Positions 57,438 to 64,000 of a stretch of DNA of 64,000 bases are shown here, piece after piece. This DNA is from Candidatus Nomurabacteria bacterium (GTDB lineage Bacteria; Patescibacteriota; Minisyncoccia; Phycocordibacterales; UBA2100), in NCBI GenBank assembly GCA_943359395.1, contig CALRHH010000001.1:20121-84120 (forward strand), given 5' to 3'. Numbering within the stretch: position 1 is the first letter of the stretch; each line of letters starts with the position of its first letter. A model generated the notes under the pieces. That model ran no database searches. It was not told where the DNA came from and was given only the letters and a program-made list of their open reading frames with translations. A program made the position numbers and the translations under genes.

Positions 57438-58916
57438 ATGTGGCTTCCGTCGTTTTTAAGAAAAAAGAAAGCCGGCGCGATGCCCCTCTATCTACACAAC
57501 ACCCTCGGTAACGAGAAGCAGCGTTTCTTGCCCGCGCCACACGCCAAAGAGGTCCGTATGTACAATTGTGGACCCACTGTCTATGGACGTCAGCACATCG
57601 GAAACCTTTCTATGTTTGTCTTTACCGATACTCTCCGGCGTACGCTTGAATTCAATTCCTTCAGTGTTAAGCAAGTCATCAACTTCACGGACTTCGGACA
57701 TCTGACCTCCGATGGCGACGAAGGCGCCGACAAAATGACTGCAGGTCTTAAGAGAGAAGGACTCAAACCTACCCTCGAGAACATGCGTACGCTGGGAGAA
57801 AAATATGCGAATCTTTTCCTCGAAGATATCCGCAGTTTGAATGTCGAAGTCGACAAGATAACCTTTCCTCGCGCAAGCGACTACATTCCCGCTCAAATAG
57901 CCATGGTACAAGCTCTTGAGGAGAAGGGGTACGCCTATCGGGGGGATGTTGGCGTCTACTTCGATACTTCCCGCTTCCCTGAATACGGTGCTTTGGGCGA
58001 TATCAATCTCGAAGGCTTGAGAGTGGGCGCCCGTGTCGAGGCAAACATCGAAAAACGCAACCCTACGGATTTCCTGTTGTGGAAATCTAACAAAAAATTG
58101 GGTTGGGAAAGTCCTTGGGGGCGGGGTTTTCCTGGGTGGCACATTGAGTGCTCTGCGATGATACGCGCAATACTAGGAAACCAAATAGATATTCACACGG
58201 GCGGTATCGAACACATCCCCGTGCATCACAACAACGAAATAGCCCAATCGGAATCCGCAACGGGCAAGAAGCCGCTCGCGCGCTTCTGGCTGCATCGCGC
58301 ACACCTGCAACTCGGAGGAGCAAAGATTGCGAAATCGGGAGGTAATGTCGTGTACTTGTCGGACATCATCGAGCGAGGGTTTCATCCGCTCGCCCTCCGC
58401 TATCTTCTCCTTGGAGCACACTATCGCACCAACTCAAACTTCACATGGGAGGCTCTCGCGGCCGCACAGACCGCTTACGCCAAACTTGTGGCGTTCCGCC
58501 TTTCTTATGCCGACGTGACGCCCGGCAACGTATCTCAATACTGGGGAGTACAGATTATGCGCCACATAAACGACGACCTCGATACTCCCGGAGCACTCGC
58601 TCTCATCTGGGAGATGACAAAGGACGGTTCAGTACCACCGGCCGATTTCTTGGCGACACTCTTTTATGCAGACAGGGTGCTCGGGCTTAGACTCAAGGAA
58701 CCCGACGGAGAAGCCCGTAAGCTTGCTCTACCGCACATCCAGCAGGAAGTCGTTGATTCAGACTTACCACCAGAGATTCAAGCTCTTCTCAAAGAACGCG
58801 ATGAGGCCCGGCTTGAGAAAAATTGGCAACGCGCAGATGAGCTTCGCTCTCACATAGAAGCTGCCGGCTACACTTTGGAGGACACAGGGGGCTCTTCGCG
58901 CGTATTCAAACAGTAG
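57438..58916 (+). CDS. cysS: cysteine--tRNA ligase
   Basis: CGPTVY..HIGN, PGWHIECSAM, HTGG, KIAKS (KMSKS variant). Confidence 0.96.
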   Translation: MWLPSFLRKKKAGAMPLYLHNTLGNEKQRFLPAPHAKEVRMYNCGPTVYGRQHIGNLSMFVFTDTLRRTLEFNSFSVKQVINFTDFGHLTSDGDEGADKMTAGLKREGLKPTLENMRTLGEKYANLFLEDIRSLNVEVDKITFPRASDYIPAQIAMVQALEEKGYAYRGDVGVYFDTSRFPEYGALGDINLEGLRVGARVEANIEKRNPTDFLLWKSNKKLGWESPWGRGFPGWHIECSAMIRAILGNQIDIHTGGIEHIPVHHNNEIAQSESATGKKPLARFWLHRAHLQLGGAKIAKSGGNVVYLSDIIERGFHPLALRYLLLGAHYRTNSNFTWEALAAAQTAYAKLVAFRLSYADVTPGNVSQYWGVQIMRHINDDLDTPGALALIWEMTKDGSVPPADFLATLFYADRVLGLRLKEPDGEARKLALPHIQQEVVDSDLPPEIQALLKERDEARLEKNWQRADELRSHIEAAGYTLEDTGGSSRVFKQ

Positions 58917-58918
58917 CT

Positions 58919-61900
58919 TTACTCTTGAACGACGAAATTCACAAGCCTGCCCGGCACCACAATTGTGCGTAGAATTTTCTTACCCTCGAGGCGGACTGCC
59001 ACAGCATCGCGCCCGGCGCTTTCGATACCTCCCTTGTCCGCATCAGCCGGCACTTCTACGCCTCCACGCGTCTTGCCGTTAATCTGTATAGCAATCTTCA
59101 CGGTCTCTCCCACGAGACGACTCTCCTCATAGACCGGCCAGGTTGTTTGGTGAATCGATTTTTTTTGTCCACTTGCCGCCCACAATTCTTCCGCAATATG
59201 CGGCGCGAATGGCGCAAGCAATTTTAAGAAACTCTCCCATTGCTTTTTCCCGAGAGATCTCTCTTTCTCTGCTGCGTTGAGGAATATCATCAGGGCACTG
59301 ATAGCTGTATTGAATTTCATGGCGGTAATATCCTCCCCTACCTTCTTGATAGTTTTATGAAGAAGATTCTCAAGTGCGACATTCTCCGTTTTTCCCACAT
59401 GCTCTTGCGCCCTCCATACACGCTCCAAAAAGCGTCTCACGCCAACGACACTGTCGGGGTTCCACGGGAAGCTCGAAACCTCATTGTACGGTCCGATAAA
59501 GGCGAGATACATGCGTACAGTATCCGCCCCAAGTCGCCTGACGACCTCATCTGGGTCGACGACGTTACCCCTCGATTTGCTCATTTTTTGTCCATCCGGT
59601 CCGAGAATAATACTTCTGTTCATGCGCCTCCGGTACGGCTCAGGCTCTTTTACCAACCCGAGGTCGAAAAGGGCCTTATGCCAAAAACGACTGTAAAGCA
59701 GGTGCATGGTCGTATGCTCCGCACCGCCGGAGTACAAGTCGACCGGCATCCAGGGTTCCATCTTTTTTGCATCGGCAAACTTCTTACTGTTCTTCGAATC
59801 CGTGTAGCGTAAGAAATACCACGAGGAATCGACGAATGTATCGAGAGTGTCCGTCTCGCGCTCTGCCTTCCCTTTGCATTGCGGGCATCTCACCTGTACC
59901 CACTTCTCCGCTTTTGCGAGGGGCGATTTGCCACTTCCCTCAGGAAGGTAGTCTTTGACCTCCGGAAGCTTCACCGGTAGCTCGCTGTCTTTAACCGCCA
60001 CAGGACCACACGATGAGCAGTGCACGACCGGTATGGGAACTCCCCAGTAGCGTTGGCGCGAGACGATCCAATCGCGTAGCTTATACGTTATCTTAATCTG
60101 ACCAAACGTATCAGTTATCGCTTTCCGAGCCTCATCTGTTCTCATTCCGGTAAACGCATCGGAATTCGCAAGGATTCCCTCTCCTGTGTAATTTTCGGTG
60201 CCATTCAATCTATCCCACGCAACCTGCATCTCTGGCCTATTGAGGAACTGACGTACTTCCGTTCGTTTGAGCCAAACGACGTCGTGAAGCGCTCTCTCTT
60301 CAGCAGACATCTCATCGCGCTCTCCATCTTTCAACTCATAATACATGGGAACGTAGTGACCGAATCGATTCTCCTGTTTTGAAACAGAATAAAACTGCGC
60401 ATGTACCTTATCGCCAAGTGCTCGAATGAATTTCGCGTTTTTATATCCGGTCTCTTCTTGAATTTCCCGCAAGCCACATTCAACGACATCCTCCCCCTTT
60501 TCGATGCCACCCGTAACAAACCCGCGCATCGGCTGATCTTTCCACTGCAGGCAGATGAACTTATCCTCGGCCCAATGTTTTATCACAGCAACAACAGCGT
60601 CGCGCTCTACGAGCATTTCTCTCGGGCGAAGTGCGTCCATTCCTGTCGTTCGAATACTCAGGGGCTGGACAACCTTCACAACTGGGAGCTTATACTTTTT
60701 TGCAAATTCATTATCCCGCGCATCGTGCGCTGGGACGCCCATGACCGCACCTGTACCATAGTGTCCGAGCACATAATCGGCAACGTATACAGCGATTTCT
60801 TTGCCCGTTGCGGGATTCACGGCCTCCACGCCAGCGAGACGTATCCCTGTCTTTTCCTTCCCTTCCGCCGATCGCTCTATCTCAGTTCGCCCCTTTGCCT
60901 TTTCGACGTATTCCTGAACCTCTCCCCTGTTCTTCAATGCGTCGTCCTTTCCTTCAAGCGCATGAGTCACCCAGGGATGCTCCGGGGCCAGCACAAGGTA
61001 CGTGCCTCCGTACAAGGTATCCGCACGCGTCGTGAAGACGCGAATTGTCGGACGCAGCCACATCAGTACCGTCATTTCTTTATCACCTGTGAAGTGCGGT
61101 GTCTCCGCCACAACCCGTTCGGCTTTTATGCCCAAAGTTTTTTCAAGGTTGGTAATTTGTTGTTCACTTATAGCAGTATCGTGTATATCGTGCAGAATCG
61201 TTATAGATTTTGTATTTTTCTTTATTCTTGCTGTATCAAATTTCCATATGAACCGTTTATCGAAATTACGCGGTTTGTCTTTAAAGTTCCTGTCGACAAA
61301 TCCTCCGGCAAGCACCAGGTGCGCTATGGGGTTTTTTAGTTGTTCCACAACTTTCATTGCTATAACAGCACCCAAGCTGCCGCCAAAAAGAACGGTGTTC
61401 TCATCGTAATCAGCAGCGGCGAGCGCCGCCGCGACCTGTTCGTCTTCTGAGGGATGATCGGGGTTTGGCAAGGCTGGAATAACGACCTTATGCCCCTGTT
61501 TTTCAAGCTCAGCCTTCCAGTAGTGGAAACGCGGACGGTCCGGGCTTCCCTGGAAGCCATGCAAAATGACGTACGTGTATTTCTTTTCGTTAAATACCAA
61601 AGGAAAGTCTATCTCTGCACCCTCACTCCGCCCTATCCAATTTTTTTGCGATTCTTTTATCTCCTTCGGCCAATCGAGAGGTTCGAGGTCCTCGGTGAGT
61701 CTGTCGGCGTAGTCGGTGATTTTGATATTCCACTGAAGCATTTGCTTTTGGACGACTTCGCTATCACAGCGCTCACACTTACCGTTTACGACTTGCTCAT
61801 TGGCGAGAACGGTTTTATCTTTCGGACACCAGTTCACGGCCGTTTCCTTTCTGTACACCAACCCAGCTTTGAAGAGTTGCAGAAAGAGCCACTGCGTCCA

Positions 61901-62302
61901 TTTGTAGTATGCAGGGTCGCACGTCACGACTTCGCGTGACCAATCAAATGAAGTACCCATCGAGCGAATCTGATTCTTCATGTACTCGATGTTGCTCAAT
62001 GTCCATATGCGCGGGTTGAGCTTGTTTTTTATAGCTGCGTTTTCGGCAGGAAGACCGAACGCGTCAAATCCTATCGGATAGAGGACATTTTTCCCGCGCA
62101 TGCGCTGGAAGCGAGCGAGAATATCGGGTACCGCAAAAGCGTACCAGTGGCCTACGTGGAGGTTGCCCGAGGGGTATGGGAACTCGACAAGGAGGTAGAA
62201 GTTGTCCTTGCCCTTCGCCTTGTCGGAGGTTTCGTAGAGACCGTTTTTCTGCCACTCTTTTGGCCACTTCTTTTCTATCTTCGCGTGGTCATATCCCTTC
62301 AT
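58919..62302 (-). CDS. leuS: leucine--tRNA ligase with inserted alpha/beta-hydrolase and NUDIX domains
   Basis: FPYPSG.LHVGH, FTTR, GTGAVMGVPAHD, SRQRYWG, KMSKS; 1127 aa because of two inserts. Confidence 0.95.
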   Translation of the reverse strand: MKGYDHAKIEKKWPKEWQKNGLYETSDKAKGKDNFYLLVEFPYPSGNLHVGHWYAFAVPDILARFQRMRGKNVLYPIGFDAFGLPAENAAIKNKLNPRIWTLSNIEYMKNQIRSMGTSFDWSREVVTCDPAYYKWTQWLFLQLFKAGLVYRKETAVNWCPKDKTVLANEQVVNGKCERCDSEVVQKQMLQWNIKITDYADRLTEDLEPLDWPKEIKESQKNWIGRSEGAEIDFPLVFNEKKYTYVILHGFQGSPDRPRFHYWKAELEKQGHKVVIPALPNPDHPSEDEQVAAALAAADYDENTVLFGGSLGAVIAMKVVEQLKNPIAHLVLAGGFVDRNFKDKPRNFDKRFIWKFDTARIKKNTKSITILHDIHDTAISEQQITNLEKTLGIKAERVVAETPHFTGDKEMTVLMWLRPTIRVFTTRADTLYGGTYLVLAPEHPWVTHALEGKDDALKNRGEVQEYVEKAKGRTEIERSAEGKEKTGIRLAGVEAVNPATGKEIAVYVADYVLGHYGTGAVMGVPAHDARDNEFAKKYKLPVVKVVQPLSIRTTGMDALRPREMLVERDAVVAVIKHWAEDKFICLQWKDQPMRGFVTGGIEKGEDVVECGLREIQEETGYKNAKFIRALGDKVHAQFYSVSKQENRFGHYVPMYYELKDGERDEMSAEERALHDVVWLKRTEVRQFLNRPEMQVAWDRLNGTENYTGEGILANSDAFTGMRTDEARKAITDTFGQIKITYKLRDWIVSRQRYWGVPIPVVHCSSCGPVAVKDSELPVKLPEVKDYLPEGSGKSPLAKAEKWVQVRCPQCKGKAERETDTLDTFVDSSWYFLRYTDSKNSKKFADAKKMEPWMPVDLYSGGAEHTTMHLLYSRFWHKALFDLGLVKEPEPYRRRMNRSIILGPDGQKMSKSRGNVVDPDEVVRRLGADTVRMYLAFIGPYNEVSSFPWNPDSVVGVRRFLERVWRAQEHVGKTENVALENLLHKTIKKVGEDITAMKFNTAISALMIFLNAAEKERSLGKKQWESFLKLLAPFAPHIAEELWAASGQKKSIHQTTWPVYEESRLVGETVKIAIQINGKTRGGVEVPADADKGGIESAGRDAVAVRLEGKKILRTIVVPGRLVNFVVQE

Positions 62303-62341
62303 TGGAATAGCGTATCACATGGCTGCAAACCTCGAAAATCT

Positions 62342-63316
62342 TTACCTGACAGCTTTCACCGCGGAGTATGGAGGATACATCTCTGGATCTATGGTGCGTT
62401 CAAAGCAAACTTCGCCTGCCCCATGCTGCCAATTGTCCAGTGCGCCCTTACTTTCAAGTCCCATAGGCTCTGGTATGGTTGCGATTGTACGCACTTGCGT
62501 ACCGTTCATACCCCCGCCTTCACTTGCAAACGTCGCGCAAATCTTGAATGACAGTGCCCCCGTTGCCTCATACCGATATCCGGCGCTGGTCTGCGGGTCG
62601 AGTGGCATGACGTTGTTGCTAAGAGGATCATTGAGCTCGGCGAGCGACGCAGGCATTTTTTCTTTCTGTTGCCAGTAATTGACTATCTGCCACTGAATAT
62701 TCTGGAGGTCCTGCACGCGAATAGCGTCCTGTTTTAGCGCACGTATCTGCTGCGGAGTGCCTACAATAAAGAATCCGGAAACGATAGTGACGAGGACAAG
62801 TGCGCCTACGCCCCAATTGACCATACGTGCACGTGCTTTCTCACGCTCCCAGTATCCCCAGAGGTCGGCAATAAAGTGCATGAATCCGAGTCCCGCGACG
62901 AGTAAGACCGTCAAGACTTTGAGCAGGAATCCAGTCGTCATGTCTTCGCCCTGGAGAAAGGTGTTCAACAAGACGATGAGGTCAACAACAATGGTCGTCC
63001 CCGCCAAGAAAAGCGTAAGGAAGAGTGCCCAACGACGTACCCAAATTTCGCTGCGCGAAGCGTCGGCGGCAATGTCGCGACGTATGAGGCGCATGAGGAT
63101 AAGGAAGACCGGCGTAAGTACTATGAGCGACGCCATCTCGTAGCTGATACTATTTGAGTACGGGTCTACATAATACGAAGCGGAGACGGGGTTTGGGAAC
63201 GCGTGATTAATATATTCAAAGATGAGCGTAATAAAAGCCACGACTCCCGCATACAGCGAAATCATGGCACCCGCCCAGAAGACAAAGTCCTTCGGCGTTA
63301 CCTTTGGTTTATCCAT
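62342..63316 (-). CDS. DUF5671-like membrane protein with pilin-like C-terminal domain
   Basis: PKDF..W, five TMs, D..R.QDLQ.I...I..YW, DPQT...Y.Y, F.ICATF. Confidence 0.7.
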   Translation of the reverse strand: MDKPKVTPKDFVFWAGAMISLYAGVVAFITLIFEYINHAFPNPVSASYYVDPYSNSISYEMASLIVLTPVFLILMRLIRRDIAADASRSEIWVRRWALFLTLFLAGTTIVVDLIVLLNTFLQGEDMTTGFLLKVLTVLLVAGLGFMHFIADLWGYWEREKARARMVNWGVGALVLVTIVSGFFIVGTPQQIRALKQDAIRVQDLQNIQWQIVNYWQQKEKMPASLAELNDPLSNNVMPLDPQTSAGYRYEATGALSFKICATFASEGGGMNGTQVRTIATIPEPMGLESKGALDNWQHGAGEVCFERTIDPEMYPPYSAVKAVR

Positions 63317-63354
63317 ACCTTGTATGCTATAGGTAACGCGGCATTAGTCAAAGC

Positions 63355-63383
63355 TTGACTATTATCGGTAATCTAGTTATAAC
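63355..63383 (+). promoter_or_regulatory. sigma70-like promoter
   Basis: TTGACT-17 nt-TATAAC. Confidence 0.6.
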
Positions 63384-63449
63384 CTCGATGGATCATAGTG
63401 GTCCATACGCCCCTAGCGGGCGCTTCACTCCAAACCTGGAGTTAAAGGC

Positions 63450-63944
63450 ATGCGCGTTTCGCATAGAATACCACTAACGGGAACACCCGTCGTGGCAACC
63501 CAAATTGCCGGTTTGCAAGGAGCCTACTATTGGTGGACTCCCGCAAGTCGGATATTCCTGCTCAAGCACTTTGGCAGGCCGGTTCAGGTTGAAGACGTTC
63601 CCCGCCGTGCAATTGCGATGCTCATCGTGCACAGCGGCGACGTCGAGACGCCAAACGTAACGCCGCTCATACCACCCAAGCAGCCGTACCGCCGAGCCGC
63701 GTGGGATTTCGGTTTCTCGGCGCCTAAGCGGAAACCAACTATTGAGCGTGCACGCAACGCAATTCGTGCGGCGGAGGCGTCTAGCGGGATACCCCCGCTT
63801 GTGATCGAGCGTGACGAGTTCATTTTCATCTATGCGTCAGAGCAGCGGCCGAACGGCCGAGTGTGGGTGCCCTATGCGTGGGCAACCATCCGCGGGGCAA
63901 CCGCTGTCGCTATCCGTGAAGCCCTGAAGGACGTCACGCGGTAA
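63450..63944 (+). CDS. hypothetical protein
   Basis: 164-aa ORF bracketed by a promoter, GGAG and a terminator. Confidence 0.6.
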   Translation: MRVSHRIPLTGTPVVATQIAGLQGAYYWWTPASRIFLLKHFGRPVQVEDVPRRAIAMLIVHSGDVETPNVTPLIPPKQPYRRAAWDFGFSAPKRKPTIERARNAIRAAEASSGIPPLVIERDEFIFIYASEQRPNGRVWVPYAWATIRGATAVAIREALKDVTR

Positions 63945-63964
63945 CGCATCTCAAGAAGTCTACG

Positions 63965-63993
63965 AAACCCCGGGCGTCAAGCCCGGGGTTTTT
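63965..63993 (+). terminator. intrinsic terminator
   Basis: AAACCCCGGGC-GTCAA-GCCCGGGGTTTTT. Confidence 0.85.
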
Positions 63994-64000
63994 GATATTT

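Noticed and set aside
60200-61590. Inteins in leuS
   Set aside because: The inserts lack Cys/Ser starts, His-Asn ends and LAGLIDADG motifs; they are hydrolase domains

Overview
A 64-kb, densely coding stretch of a bacterial chromosome. It is most likely from Patescibacteria/CPR (Parcubacteria-like); this is inferred from the shortened AlaRS/AspRS/L13, the sigma4+delta-like fusion, the FtsA-like/baseplate-J-like pair, the DUF5671-like protein and the mostly leaderless-looking genes. Most of the window is housekeeping: recR, dnaB, mltG, mnmA, ung, alaS, the infA-rpmJ-rpsM-rpsK-rpsD-rpoA-rplQ-rplM-rpsI cluster, grpE-dnaK-dnaJ, trpS-aspS-scpAB-dac-mraY-ftsW-murG-gltX, rpmA, rplI, a CtpA protease, corA, cysS and leuS. 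It also carries accessory metabolism that is unusual for CPR: an almost complete DAP/lysine pathway without dapF, homospermidine synthase and an orphan TctC. The most notable unexplained signals are: (1) a ~550-nt, ORF-free, extensively base-paired region (52330-52877) that looks like a large unassigned ncRNA next to NUDIX and DEDD exonuclease genes; (2) four dispersed 61-96 bp elements with covarying CCCCGT(G/T)AGA...TCT(C/A)ACGGGG ends, unrelated interiors and T..A target duplications, inserted exactly in -10 boxes or ATGA gene overlaps; (3) a LeuRS with alpha/beta-hydrolase and NUDIX domains inserted; (4) a coupled operon of a Cys-rich protein, an unknown enzyme and a multi-TM histidine kinase; (5) further structured intergenic elements and a 44-bp palindrome. 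I recognised no tRNA, rRNA, CRISPR array or transposase. All assignments come from reading motifs by eye; no searches were run.
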